Assembly: GCA_038852315.1 (NCBI GenBank)
Contig: JAWCKF010000006.1
Location: 10,568 to 74,567, forward strand
DNA from: Thermoplasmata archaeon
GTDB taxonomy: Archaea; Thermoplasmatota; Thermoplasmata; UBA10834
Direction of reading: 5' to 3'
DNA: 64,000 nt
Of the stretch, positions 8,857-18,222 are shown one piece after another. Under the pieces are notes generated by a model. That model did no database searches, was not told where the DNA came from, and saw only the letters and a list, made by a program, of their open reading frames with translations. Made by a program: the position numbers and the translations under genes. Position 1 is the first letter of the stretch; each line of letters opens with the position of its first letter.

Positions 8857-10192
8857 TGTCTGGTCTGGACTGCCCCGCACGACCGCGCCTCCTCAGGAAG
8901 AACACGATGGTAATCCCGGCCGCTGCGGCAATGCCTGCCACGAGCAAGTATGGGTACAATCCGTGAGAGCTGGATGGGGCGCTCACTGCAACCGCTTTGG
9001 ATATCTCAGTGACTAATCCGTCGGAATCCTTCACCTGCAGGACTATCGTATAGTTGCCCGAGCGCCTATAGACGTGCGATGCTACCTTTGACTCTGACCA
9101 GTCAGTGTCCCAGTTTCCGTCGGCCTCCCAGTCCCAGCGCACTAGCAGATGGGGCGAAGCATCCTCCAGATCGGCTACGCGCGAGGCGTTCGCCGTCACG
9201 AACACCCCGTCCTCTTGTTCGAGTGCGGTGGTCTGGAATGACGCATAGGGCGAGGACGGGCGGTACATCGTTCCGTTCGGCACGTCGATACTAGCATAAC
9301 CCGATAGCAGTGCCTGACCGCGGATCGATTCGTTCAGACCTACGGCGGCTGTGGCCATGACGACGTAGTTCCCGGCCGGGACCACATCCGCATTCCAGGT
9401 AACTCTCTTGACGAGCTCGTAGGACGAGCTGTGGGGGACTTCATAGTGCACTATAGCCGTTGTTACTGCGCGATCCAGATTGAAAGAACAGCCCGTGCTC
9501 CTTGCGATCACGATTTCGCACATGCCGCCATCAGGCCAACAACCGTACAGAGGTGTTTGTTCACGGTTGGTGATGTTCACAGAGATGGCCAGCTTCGGAA
9601 AATCGTCCGCGTTCACTGACACGTCGACCGAGGCGTTCAAAGGCTCGTTCAGGCTTAGGACAGGGGCTGAGGCGAGATTCAGAGTCATCGCATATGAGCG
9701 CGGTATCAGGCCGACTGCAGACCTGCCGAAGAATGTGACGGTCTTGTTCATCTCAGGAGTCTTCAGGCGAAAACGTTCCTGGATTGTGACGCTACCGTTC
9801 ACACTGTTGTAGTCGTTGTATTCGTCTCGGAGATTGAGGAAGCCCTCCTGCAGCAGCGATTCTTTGAGCTCGGCTATCGGCCCGATTGACATGGAACCAT
9901 TGACGACGGTGTGGTGCGGGCCTTCTGTATAGTTCCGCCAAGAGCGGTGAATAGTGAAGCTGCCATCGGATGCGAGGGACATCTCCCAACTCTCCTCGTA
10001 GTCCAGCTGCGTACCCTGATAGGGTTCGAGAACTGTGGACCTCGACCAGAGATAATCAATCCTAAAACTCTCCTGCATAGCCGTTGCAGCGACCTCTATT
10101 CCGTCCATGGCGTCTCCTGACAAAGGTCCGCAAGCAGCACATGCTGAAGTCGCCAGCAGCATCATGACCGCGACAAAGAGCCATCTCCCCAT
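8828..10192 (-). CDS. Secreted/anchored protein with PKD domain and C-terminal TM anchor
   Basis: 454 aa. It has an N-terminal signal-like MGRWLFVAVMMLLATSACAAC, a PKD-like WDWEADGNWDTDWSESKVASHVYRRSGNYTIVLQVKDSDG, and a C-terminal TM plus basic tail. Its 3' end overlaps the asnS 3' end by 29 nt. Confidence 0.75.
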   Translation of the reverse strand: MGRWLFVAVMMLLATSACAACGPLSGDAMDGIEVAATAMQESFRIDYLWSRSTVLEPYQGTQLDYEESWEMSLASDGSFTIHRSWRNYTEGPHHTVVNGSMSIGPIAELKESLLQEGFLNLRDEYNDYNSVNGSVTIQERFRLKTPEMNKTVTFFGRSAVGLIPRSYAMTLNLASAPVLSLNEPLNASVDVSVNADDFPKLAISVNITNREQTPLYGCWPDGGMCEIVIARSTGCSFNLDRAVTTAIVHYEVPHSSSYELVKRVTWNADVVPAGNYVVMATAAVGLNESIRGQALLSGYASIDVPNGTMYRPSSPYASFQTTALEQEDGVFVTANASRVADLEDASPHLLVRWDWEADGNWDTDWSESKVASHVYRRSGNYTIVLQVKDSDGLVTEISKAVAVSAPSSSHGLYPYLLVAGIAAAAGITIVFFLRRRGRAGQSRPDIRDTRARQS

Positions 10193-10376
10193 TCCGCTTG
10201 CCCGAGGTCTATTGCCCGCGTCCGCTATAAGAAACCTTCCTTAAGGCCGCACAATGCGGACCACGTCGGACCTAGAACTCCATCAGCCGTCTGAACCAGG
10301 GATTGGGTACATCCGGAGCTAGGCCGAGTTGTCCCTTGATGGGACGACGATCGATGAGACCCTATCCGGTCCTCTA

Positions 10377-11447
10377 TCATCTGGCCAGTCTCGAGCAGTA
10401 CTCGACGTACAGTGCCGCCGCCCGTTCGACTTCTTCCAGAGATATCTTCTCATCGAGGATGTGGCAACCTCTCGGGTCCCCAGGTCCACAGATGAGCACG
10501 GACCTGTTGGCCCTGCTGAACATGACCATCTCGGTCGCGTAGGGGACGCTTGTGATCTTTGCTTTGGGCCCGAGGAGCTCCGTCATCGTCCTGATAGCCT
10601 CGCACGAGGTATCCGTCTCGACGGGCTCGAGGTTGTGGATGATCCTGAGCTCGTAGCCTTCCGTGCCAATCCTTCTCCTCAACCTTTCCAGCACTCTCTC
10701 CTGGTCCATGTCGGGCGGATACCTTATATCGATCTCCACCTCGCAGGCGTCGGGTATCACGTTGATCCTCGTTCCACCCTTGATGGTGGTCATGGAGAGG
10801 GTCATGTCCTCAGTGGGGTTCTTCGGAAGGCGCTGGAGAGGCTGGAGCTTCGCCAGGATGTCCACCATCTTCTCGATTGCATTCTCGCCCAGCTGGGGCA
10901 TGCTTGAGTGGCAGGCCTTGCCCGAGGTGTTGATGGCGATCTGCAGCTGCCCCTTCTCCTTGTAGACGATCTCGAAGTCCGTCGGCTCCGCCACCAGGAT
11001 GGCAGGGGCCTCTCTGAGAGCGGGGTCCTCAGTCGCTGCGAGCGCCCCAGCCATCGTGACCTCCTCGTCGGTGGTGAAGCACAGCCCGAACGGCACGTTC
11101 GCCGCCACAAGGTCCCCGGCCGCCAGCAACATCGCTGTGCACCCGCCCTTCATATCGCACGCGCCGCGGCCGTACACGACCCCATCCATCGCCGTCCCGT
11201 CCTCGTACTTCCAGCCCGGCCCGCGCGGGACGGTATCGAGGTGCCCAGACAGCACGACACCGCCCTTCCCGTGGCTGGCGACTATCGCAGGCGTCTTCTT
11301 GTCGCCGTAGTACCTGGGCTCGAGCCCTAGCTTTCTCAGCTTGGAGGAGACGTACTCCACGATGGGGCCCATGTCGTCCTCGGACGAACTCTTGTGGAGG
11401 ATGAGGTCGGTGAGGACCTCTTCGGCCTTCAGCTTCAGGGGGCTCAC
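10377..11447 (-). CDS. M20 family metallopeptidase / deacylase (ArgE/DapE-like)
   Basis: Motifs GHLDTVP, YGRGACDMKGG and FTTDEEV are present. The track start at 11531 overlaps the upstream gene by 88 nt. A GTG at 11447 forms a GTGA start/stop overlap with the M42 gene and is the more likely start. Confidence 0.85.
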   Translation of the reverse strand: MSPLKLKAEEVLTDLILHKSSSEDDMGPIVEYVSSKLRKLGLEPRYYGDKKTPAIVASHGKGGVVLSGHLDTVPRGPGWKYEDGTAMDGVVYGRGACDMKGGCTAMLLAAGDLVAANVPFGLCFTTDEEVTMAGALAATEDPALREAPAILVAEPTDFEIVYKEKGQLQIAINTSGKACHSSMPQLGENAIEKMVDILAKLQPLQRLPKNPTEDMTLSMTTIKGGTRINVIPDACEVEIDIRYPPDMDQERVLERLRRRIGTEGYELRIIHNLEPVETDTSCEAIRTMTELLGPKAKITSVPYATEMVMFSRANRSVLICGPGDPRGCHILDEKISLEEVERAAALYVEYCSRLAR

Positions 11448-12484
11448 CTCGGCTTGCGATCCCTGGCTATCCTCTCGGCGATCTTGACCACGAGCTTGAC
11501 CGCGTTCTCCATGTCGCTTATGCTCGCGCACTCAGTCGGAGAGTGCGTGTACCTCATCGGTATGCCGATGGGCATCATCAGCGAGCCGAAGTCCTGCATC
11601 GCCGCCCCATCAGTCGAGCCTCCGCCTGTGCCGTACTGGAGCGGTATCCTCGCGGCCTTCGCGACCTCCTCGAGCATCTTCCGGAGCTTTGGCGACGCCA
11701 CCGCCGCGTTGTCGAACATCCTCATGGCAGGGCCTTTGCCAACGTACACCCTCTCGTAGGTGTCGCCGCTCATCGGGGCGTCGTTCGTCGTCATCGTGTC
11801 CACGGCGAAGACATATTCCGGCCTGTACGTGAACCCGACGACCTTCGCACCCTTCAGACCGGTCTCCTCCTGGACGCTCCAAACGAACGTGAGCTTGACG
11901 GGCAATCCACGATCCTTCAGCTGCTCGAGCGCGTCGAGCAATATCGCGCACCCGGCCCTGTTGTCGACTCCACGGGCGCATATTATGTCCTGCGTGATGT
12001 ACGTGATGTCTTTCTTGAACACCATAGGGTCTAGCACTCGTATCCCCAGCTTCTCAGTCTCCTTCCGGCTCCTGGTGCCGACATCGACCCTGACGTCCTC
12101 CCACGAGAGCGTCTTCTTCATCTCTTCTCGGTCGGTCATCAGGTGCGGCGGCTTCAGGCCGATGACGCCCCTCACGATGCCCTTCTGAGTCTTGATCTCA
12201 ACCACGCGGCCTACGAGTGTCCGGTCATCTATGCCCCCGACCTTCCTTATCCTGAGCGACCCGTCCTGCTCGAGCTTCGAGACTATGAGCCCCAGCTCGT
12301 CCATGTGCGCGATGAACACCACGTGGGGGCCATTGTCTCCGACGGTGACTATGAGGTCTCCGAGGTTGTCCTCATGGGGCTTCAGCCCCATCGCCTCGAC
12401 CTTCGTCCTGATGTAGTCCCTTATGTCGTCCTCGAACCCGGACACTCCGGGAACCCGTATCATCTCCTCTAGCAGCTCCTTCAA
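11444..12484 (-). CDS. M42 family (TET/FrvX-type) aminopeptidase
   Basis: 346 aa. The N-terminus LLEEMIRVPGVSGFEDDIRDYI and the motif FIAHMDELGLIV are typical of M42. It uses a TTG start one nt after the gcvT stop, preceded by GAGGAGGGAG. Confidence 0.88.
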   Translation of the reverse strand: MKELLEEMIRVPGVSGFEDDIRDYIRTKVEAMGLKPHEDNLGDLIVTVGDNGPHVVFIAHMDELGLIVSKLEQDGSLRIRKVGGIDDRTLVGRVVEIKTQKGIVRGVIGLKPPHLMTDREEMKKTLSWEDVRVDVGTRSRKETEKLGIRVLDPMVFKKDITYITQDIICARGVDNRAGCAILLDALEQLKDRGLPVKLTFVWSVQEETGLKGAKVVGFTYRPEYVFAVDTMTTNDAPMSGDTYERVYVGKGPAMRMFDNAAVASPKLRKMLEEVAKAARIPLQYGTGGGSTDGAAMQDFGSLMMPIGIPMRYTHSPTECASISDMENAVKLVVKIAERIARDRKPR

Positions 12485-12485
12485 G

Positions 12486-13664
12486 TCACTCCCTCCTCAC
12501 GAAAGGCGGTTTGACGATCTCGGCCGGCACCAGCGCGTCCCTGATCCTCACTTCGAGAGCTGTTCCGGGCGTGGCGATGCTGAGGGGCACATAGCCCATC
12601 GCTATGCCTATCCTGAGCACGGGTGACATCGTGCCGCTCGTCACGACGCCCACCTTGCGGCCCTCCCTGAGTATCTCGTATCCGTGCCTGGGTATGCCCC
12701 TGTCGCGAGCCACCATGCACACGAGCTTGTCATAGCCGCCGGCGGCCCTTTGACTTTCGAGAGCGTCTTTGCCTATGAAGTCGTGGCTCCAGTCGACCAC
12801 CCAGCCCGGCCCCGTCTGGAGCGAGGTCTGAGAACCGTCGAAGTCGGTGCCGGAGAGCAGCAGCCCTTTCTCGAGCCTGAGCGTGTCCCTCGCGCCTAGC
12901 CCGGCTGGCACGAGCCCGTGCGGTCTGCCGCGCTCGAGCACCGCCCTCCAGACGGGCACTGCATCCGGGTTCTCCATCACTATCTCGAACCCGTCCTCGC
13001 CCGTGTAGCCAGTCCTCGATATGAACGCCTTCACGCCCGGTCCATCGCCGTTCATGAACCTCCTGCCCTCGAGCAGCGGGGTCCTCGGCTCGGCGCCCTT
13101 GTGTTCTATCTTGTCGAGCCTGGCAAAGCCTCCCCAGAAGGACTTGAGCGCAGACAGGTCTGCGCTCGTCAGCTGGGCGACGACGTCCTTCGCCGTCGGG
13201 CCCTGGATGGCTATCGCGGACAGATCCATCGACATGTCGTGGAACTCCTGGCCGTCGAGGTGCTCCTCGACCCACTTCCGCATCTTCGGAGTAGTCGCAG
13301 CGTTGGGCACCATGAGGTACTCGTCACGCCCGAGCACGGTGAATATCGTGTCGTCCAGTATTCGTCCGCCATCATCTAGGATGTGCGAGTAGACGCATCT
13401 GCCGATGGGCTGTCCCTCGATCCTGTTGGTCGATAGACGGCTCACGGCCTCTGCAGCGTGGTCTCCTCGTATCAGGAAATCGCCCATGTGGGAGACGTCG
13501 AACGCTCCTGACGCCTGCCTGACGCTCATGTGCTCCTCGATGATGCCAGCGTACTGCACGGGCATTCCCCAGCCGGCGAACAGGGTCATCCTGGCCCCGA
13601 GGGCTATGTGCTCGTTGTAGAGCGGCGTCCTAGGCATGCCTGCGGAATCGCGTCTCCCTTCCAA
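12486..13664 (-). CDS. gcvT: Aminomethyltransferase (glycine cleavage T-protein family)
   Basis: The sequence TPLYNEHIALGARMTLFAGWGMPVQY...DVSHMGDFLIRG is diagnostic. The start could be the ATG at 13637 (MPRTPLY). Confidence 0.88.
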   Translation of the reverse strand: MEGRRDSAGMPRTPLYNEHIALGARMTLFAGWGMPVQYAGIIEEHMSVRQASGAFDVSHMGDFLIRGDHAAEAVSRLSTNRIEGQPIGRCVYSHILDDGGRILDDTIFTVLGRDEYLMVPNAATTPKMRKWVEEHLDGQEFHDMSMDLSAIAIQGPTAKDVVAQLTSADLSALKSFWGGFARLDKIEHKGAEPRTPLLEGRRFMNGDGPGVKAFISRTGYTGEDGFEIVMENPDAVPVWRAVLERGRPHGLVPAGLGARDTLRLEKGLLLSGTDFDGSQTSLQTGPGWVVDWSHDFIGKDALESQRAAGGYDKLVCMVARDRGIPRHGYEILREGRKVGVVTSGTMSPVLRIGIAMGYVPLSIATPGTALEVRIRDALVPAEIVKPPFVRRE

Positions 13665-13688
13665 AAAGCTTGGCGACTAACGCCGGCA

Positions 13689-14174
13689 TCACCGGTATTG
13701 GTCTATGAGCCTGGTCATGTCCTTCTCCAGGCTCACGCTGAGCTGAGGCTGCTCGATCACCTCGACGTTGCGCTCAAGCAGCGCCAGCTCCTTCTCGCTG
13801 AACGCGTTGGGGCTGATGGGTATCAGCACCGTCGAACGGCTCTGCATGACCTGCTCGTTGATGTGCTCCACGAACCTGAGCACCTGCTGGAAGCCGTTGT
13901 TGATGACGAGATACTCCAGGCCGTCTATGAGCACGAAGCACTTCTTGTACCGCTCGATGAACGATGATATCACGGTCGCGAGCGTGCCTATGCTCGTGGG
14001 GTTGTGATGGTCCTGGCCAGGCGTGTGGCTCAGCCACAGGATGCGCGTGTCTCTCAGCTCGAAAGTCTCGCGGATCTTATCAGGGAACTGCCTCGTAACG
14101 CACAGCCCAGGGTTGCCCTCCGAAATCGCCTGCTCGAACAGCTTGTAGGCGAGGAACGGCTTCCGCTCCCTCAC
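13689..14174 (-). CDS. DUF835-like domain protein (stand-alone, no TM region)
   Basis: 161 aa. It shows the pattern GLCVTRQFPDKIRE...ILWLS...FIE...VLIDGLEYLVINNGF. The frame stays open upstream to 14279 and encodes the family-typical GYCYVV motif, but with no ATG/GTG/TTG (see finding). Confidence 0.65.
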   Translation of the reverse strand: MRERKPFLAYKLFEQAISEGNPGLCVTRQFPDKIRETFELRDTRILWLSHTPGQDHHNPTSIGTLATVISSFIERYKKCFVLIDGLEYLVINNGFQQVLRFVEHINEQVMQSRSTVLIPISPNAFSEKELALLERNVEVIEQPQLSVSLEKDMTRLIDQYR

Positions 14175-14312
14175 GACGTAACAGTATCCCTCTTGGGGAC
14201 GGATGAGGTCTATGGCTGACTTGTCGTCGCTCGCCAGAAGAACTCCCCTATCGTGGAAAGTGCACGGAGGCGGCCGTATTTAATTCTATTCCCTTCATGC
14301 TTCCTGACGTAC

Positions 14313-15494
14313 CTATTTGTGCTCCAGGTCGAGCATCTGGCGGAGCTTCTCATCGAGCACCTTCGCGGGTATGTCCAGCAGAGTGATCACCGTGGTCTTG
14401 CCGGATATCCCGGGGCCGCTCTTCTTCGCGCTGACCACGCCCAGCATATCCAAATCCTTAAGTAGCCCCCAGAAGGCGGTGTGCGCCCTCGGCTTCTCGC
14501 CATACTCCTCGCAGGCCACCTTGTACGCCGACTCCGCCTCGCCAGTCGTCACGTAGGCTTTGCCCCTGGAGGCCTTCGCGATCGCCAACAGCGCGAGCTT
14601 CTGGTGCTTGTCCAATCCTATCAGTTTTGATTCTGTGATGGAGCTGTAAGCCTCCGCCTTCGCTGCGCGCACGTGCTCGACATCGATCCTCCCCGCACCC
14701 TCCTCGTCGGCGAGCATCCCCGCCTTCTCGAGTATCTCGATCGCGAATCTCGCATCGCCCCACTCCGCTGATACCTCAGCGATGAGGTCCACGGCGTCCC
14801 CGGTGATGGCGCCGTCATGCAGTGCCAGCTCGGCCCTCTGAGCGACGATGTCCCGCAGCTCGTCCAGGGTGTACTTCCCGAACTCGATGATGTTCGTGCG
14901 CTTGAAGGTGCTCGCGGAGGACGCGTCGAGCATGTCGAACACATTCTTCTGCGATATGAGCATGAGGGAGACGAGCTCCCTCGCCTCCACGCCCTCCTCT
15001 CCGAACCTCGTCAGCTTGTATATGATGTCAGACCCGGCTCTCTTGAGAAGCATGTCGGCCTCGTCGAGAACTATGAGCAGGTGCAGCTTGCGCTTCTCCA
15101 AATCCTTCCGCAGTATGCGCAGCATCTCGGTGATCGAGAACCCCCTGTCAGGGAAGTTGGGCTGGAAGTGGTTGACTATGTGCAGCACCGCGCTTGACTC
15201 GCTGTTCCTCTGCCTGCAGTTGACGAGGACCCAATCGATCGCCTTCTGCCTTTTCTCAGCATAGTCCCGCAGGTCCATGCAGAAGCGCTTTGCCGTGGCC
15301 GTCTTGCCCGTGCCGACGCTGCCCGTGAGGACCACGTTCTGGGACATGTTGGACTCGACCACGGGCCTGTAGAGCGTGATCAGGCGTTTCATCTGCTCGT
15401 CCCTGTGGACCAGCTTCGGGGGCACGTAATCGAAGGACAGTGTGCGCTGGTCCTTGAACACGCTCTTGCCGACCTTCTCCCACATGTCGCTCAA
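14313..15494 (-). CDS. cdc6: Orc1/Cdc6 replication initiator
   Basis: 393 aa. It has Walker A (GSVGTGKT), Walker B (LIVLDEADML), the N-terminal LSFDYVPPKLVHRDEQM motif and a C-terminal winged-helix region. Confidence 0.92.
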   Translation of the reverse strand: MSDMWEKVGKSVFKDQRTLSFDYVPPKLVHRDEQMKRLITLYRPVVESNMSQNVVLTGSVGTGKTATAKRFCMDLRDYAEKRQKAIDWVLVNCRQRNSESSAVLHIVNHFQPNFPDRGFSITEMLRILRKDLEKRKLHLLIVLDEADMLLKRAGSDIIYKLTRFGEEGVEARELVSLMLISQKNVFDMLDASSASTFKRTNIIEFGKYTLDELRDIVAQRAELALHDGAITGDAVDLIAEVSAEWGDARFAIEILEKAGMLADEEGAGRIDVEHVRAAKAEAYSSITESKLIGLDKHQKLALLAIAKASRGKAYVTTGEAESAYKVACEEYGEKPRAHTAFWGLLKDLDMLGVVSAKKSGPGISGKTTVITLLDIPAKVLDEKLRQMLDLEHK

Positions 15495-15615
15495 CTGCTG
15501 GATTCTCTCCGCCTATCTCCTGCTCCGCTCTTAAAGGATTCGCGCGGTGCGCGCGAAAGTCCTCGATAGGCAAAACGATTTAAGCAAACAAAGCGCTCGA
15601 CAGCGCGGGGAGAGA

Positions 15616-15963
15616 ATGCCGTCAGAGGATGACCTCATCAGCTCTCTGTTGAAAGGCACCAAGTCCATGCTCAGCTCGGAGACGATGCTCGTCGAAGCCG
15701 TCCAAGACCTAGTGAAGGACGAGATCAAGAGGCACATCCGCCAGAAGCTCGACGCGAGCCCCGAGCTCAAGGAGGAGCTGAAGGCCGCCGTCGAGGAGCT
15801 CCTAGAGGCGAAAGTCAGGGAGGCCTACGCCCTGCTCAAGGTGACAAAGGTCGGCGCGAAGCTCGGCATAGAGCTGGTCCCGCCCAAGCTCAGGAAGGAG
15901 ATAGGGCAGGAGCTCGTTTCGATGTTCGAGCGGGAAGTCACGAGAATGTTTGACCAGGCTTGA
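15616..15963 (+). CDS. Hypothetical helical protein
   Basis: The ORF track gives 15547..15963. The ATG at 15616 (MPSEDDLISSLL) follows GGGGAGAG. The protein is charged and helical with no motif I recognise. Confidence 0.5.
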   Translation: MPSEDDLISSLLKGTKSMLSSETMLVEAVQDLVKDEIKRHIRQKLDASPELKEELKAAVEELLEAKVREAYALLKVTKVGAKLGIELVPPKLRKEIGQELVSMFEREVTRMFDQA

Positions 15964-16267
15964 CTCGGTGTTGGTAGGTGAAGGGGATACTCGCGTCCGA
16001 ATCCTCTCTCAAATCGGCACTTTGGTCATCGTTGCCGCCGCAGGAATCACGGCCTTTGTAGGTCTTTATCTTGCCATCGGGAGAGAAGTTGCAGCGTGGC
16101 AATGCGGTTGAGGGAGTCCACTCGTGGCGAAATACACCTCTGTCTGCATCTCTTTCTCCGTCGTCTTGGTTTATGTAAACAATCGCGCTAGAGGTTCTTG
16201 CTCCAGCTTCGGTCGCTTTCCAATCGAGGACGGGTTGGCTAGGGGTCAACTGAGGTCCTGCAAGCAT
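15938..16267 (-). CDS. Hypothetical protein (weak call)
   Basis: 109-aa ORF in a stretch that looks lower in GC. Composition is plausible, with no recognised motif. Confidence 0.3.
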   Translation of the reverse strand: MLAGPQLTPSQPVLDWKATEAGARTSSAIVYINQDDGERDADRGVFRHEWTPSTALPRCNFSPDGKIKTYKGRDSCGGNDDQSADLREDSDASIPFTYQHRVKPGQTFS

Positions 16268-16354
16268 AGAGTTGACTTGATGCCCATTCGCTAGGAGTCT
16301 TCTCTAGAGTAAGCCTTATATAGCTCGGGGGAGGGGGGATAACGAGTCGGAGGG

Positions 16355-17017
16355 TTGGCATTGGGCAAGGGGAGCCGTTTCGTGGTTGCGTTTTTCGTCG
16401 CATTCGCGATCATGGGATTTGTCATTCCAGCTACGGTCTCAGCAGTCTCGGGGAGTTACTATGTATGGACGGATTACAAGTCATTCACCAAGGGCAACAT
16501 GGCCACACTCTTGAACACAGACCCCGTCCTGGTCTCAGGTTCCGCATGCGCAAACCACGTGTGCATGGTTTTCCAAGATAGCACATGGCTTGCGATTGGG
16601 TGGGTGGAAGGAAGGACTGCATGGGGTAGCACGAACGGGAAGCAGATGTACTACTACGATGAGTACGTCGGCGGTGTTTATTCCGGGGGGTTCCTCGGAA
16701 ATGCTCCCTACGGCACGAACCACTCGTTCGTGGTGAGCTACCCCTTGGGAACCACCAACTTCTTCGCGGCCTATTTGGACGGTGTGGAGAAGAAGAGGAC
16801 CCAGTTCCTGTATTCAACAGCGAGGCCGGAGACTTCTGCGGAGTCCTCCGACAGCGGGAACCATATGTGGGGCCACGTCAAGGACATGAAGTATATGCTA
16901 CAGTCGGGAAGGATCGTTAGGTGGTACCCGTGGGACGGGTTTGGAACCTTCGGCGCTGACCCGCCCTATCGTATAGAGTTGGTATCTCAGACCGAATGGT
17001 GGTATGACAAGACATAG
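16355..17017 (+). CDS. Secreted hypothetical protein
   Basis: 220 aa. It has a signal peptide (KGSRFVVAFFVAFAIMGFVIPATVSA) and an aromatic/Gly-rich mature part. A TATA-like CCTTATATAG lies about 35-40 nt upstream. Confidence 0.6.
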   Translation: MALGKGSRFVVAFFVAFAIMGFVIPATVSAVSGSYYVWTDYKSFTKGNMATLLNTDPVLVSGSACANHVCMVFQDSTWLAIGWVEGRTAWGSTNGKQMYYYDEYVGGVYSGGFLGNAPYGTNHSFVVSYPLGTTNFFAAYLDGVEKKRTQFLYSTARPETSAESSDSGNHMWGHVKDMKYMLQSGRIVRWYPWDGFGTFGADPPYRIELVSQTEWWYDKT

Positions 17018-17031
17018 AAGGAATATGTGAA

Positions 17032-17664
17032 GTGAGGAGAATGGCAAAGGATTGGCGCGCTTCGCTCAGACACTCGGTAATCATGAAACTGGCGTTCACT
17101 CTCGCGGTTGGTCTCGTGCTGGCTTTCCTTGCTCTCGCGATTATGCAAGGACAGACGCGGACTGATGATGAGATCCCGGCGCTTAGACCAAGAGGGTCAA
17201 TCATCGTTGGGGCCGAGGTGGACACCGTCACCAGTGCAGAATCGCTGGTCGGATACTCGCTCGCCTCTCCTCAGGATGCGCCTGGAGATCTGGAGCTCAA
17301 GAGCATTCGCGTGCAAGCTGAGACCAAGACCGTGTACATGGTGTTCGCCCGCCCGTCTCTCACGCTCCCAAGCGAGTTGAGCTGGTCATGGTTACTCGAC
17401 AATGATTGCTGGGTACTCGTTCAGTCACCCCAAGATTCAACGGTTAGCCCTGAGAAGCTCATAGACGACATCGTTGTTCAGAGCGGGGGTAGGGCAAGCC
17501 GTATCACCGTAGGTGGGTCGCCTGGGCTGATGTACTGTCCGGGCGATTTGGATAGCGCTGTTCATTGGTGGTCGGGCGGGATTCACTACGCCCTTATCAC
17601 TCCGCGAGAGACAGACTACTCCGACCTAGTCACATTCGCGGAAGCGATCGCCGCGCAGATGTGA
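17032..17664 (+). CDS. Membrane-anchored protein, DUF4367-like C-terminal domain (paralog A)
   Basis: 210 aa with an N-terminal TM (LAFTLAVGLVLAFLALAI). The C-terminal GGSPGLMYCPGDLDSAVHWWSGGIHYALITPRETDYSDLVTFAEAI aligns with ORF 20043..20678. Confidence 0.6.
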   Translation: MRRMAKDWRASLRHSVIMKLAFTLAVGLVLAFLALAIMQGQTRTDDEIPALRPRGSIIVGAEVDTVTSAESLVGYSLASPQDAPGDLELKSIRVQAETKTVYMVFARPSLTLPSELSWSWLLDNDCWVLVQSPQDSTVSPEKLIDDIVVQSGGRASRITVGGSPGLMYCPGDLDSAVHWWSGGIHYALITPRETDYSDLVTFAEAIAAQM

Positions 17665-17891
17665 GAAGCCCTGCTACACTTCTGTCACGGAGGCTTTCAC
17701 GCAGGCAACTGCTCTAGCGATGCCGCAGAGCGTGCTAGTTTGGGAGGTTCCTCACGCGCTCCTGCTACGAAAGTGGAGAGGAAGCTGCGATCCGAAACCC
17801 TTCCTCGTACCGGGCTGAGGGCCAGACGAGAGCCCCCTCTCTCATGCTGTCCACAAGCAACTGAGTTAGGGATGGAGATGGACTTCGAAGT

Positions 17892-18200
17892 CTATCCGAA
17901 GAGCGCACTCAGGCCCGCTGCGGCCTCTTCCTCGGAGACCTTCTCCTCCTTCTTCTTCTCCTCTTTCTTCTCTTCCTTCTTCTCAGCTGGCCCGGCTGCG
18001 GCAGGGGCTGCGGCGACAGGGGCCGCGACCGCCGTTGCGATCGCCTCGTCTATGTTCACGCCCTCGAGGGCCGCGGTCAGCGCCTTGACTCGCGCTGGAT
18101 CTGGCGTGACGCCCGCGGCCTTCAGTACGGCCGTTATGCCTTCCTCTGTCACCGGCTTCTTAGCCGCGTGCAGGACCATCGCGCTGTACACATACTCCAT
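17892..18200 (-). CDS. rpl12: Ribosomal stalk protein P1 (aL12)
   Basis: [15 protein letters not shown]... followed by an Ala/Pro hinge, a KE-rich linker and the C-terminal [10 protein letters not shown]. Confidence 0.92.
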   Translation of the reverse strand: MEYVYSAMVLHAAKKPVTEEGITAVLKAAGVTPDPARVKALTAALEGVNIDEAIATAVAAPVAAAPAAAGPAEKKEEKKEEKKKEEKVSEEEAAAGLSALFG

Positions 18201-18222
18201 GTTTCTGCCTCCTTAGATTCCG

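Noticed and set aside
14175-15615. Replication origin next to orc1/cdc6
   Set aside because: I looked in both flanks (14175-14312 and 15495-15615) for an AT-rich unwinding element flanked by repeated ORB/mini-ORB boxes. I found only a short AT patch (about 14275-14295), a single GTGGAAAG-containing site and a CGCGCG-gtg-CGCGCG palindrome (about 15540-15555). There are no repeated boxes, so an origin cannot be claimed from sequence alone. A genome-wide GC-skew or marker-frequency analysis would be needed.
17665-17891. 227-nt convergent spacer after rpl12 with hairpin GAGGAAG...CTTCCTC, and ORF 17740..18216
   Set aside because: The ORF mostly runs antisense to rpl12 (Ala/Ser-rich mirror of the stalk hinge). 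The hairpin may be a terminator but lacks a following T-run, so it is not called.
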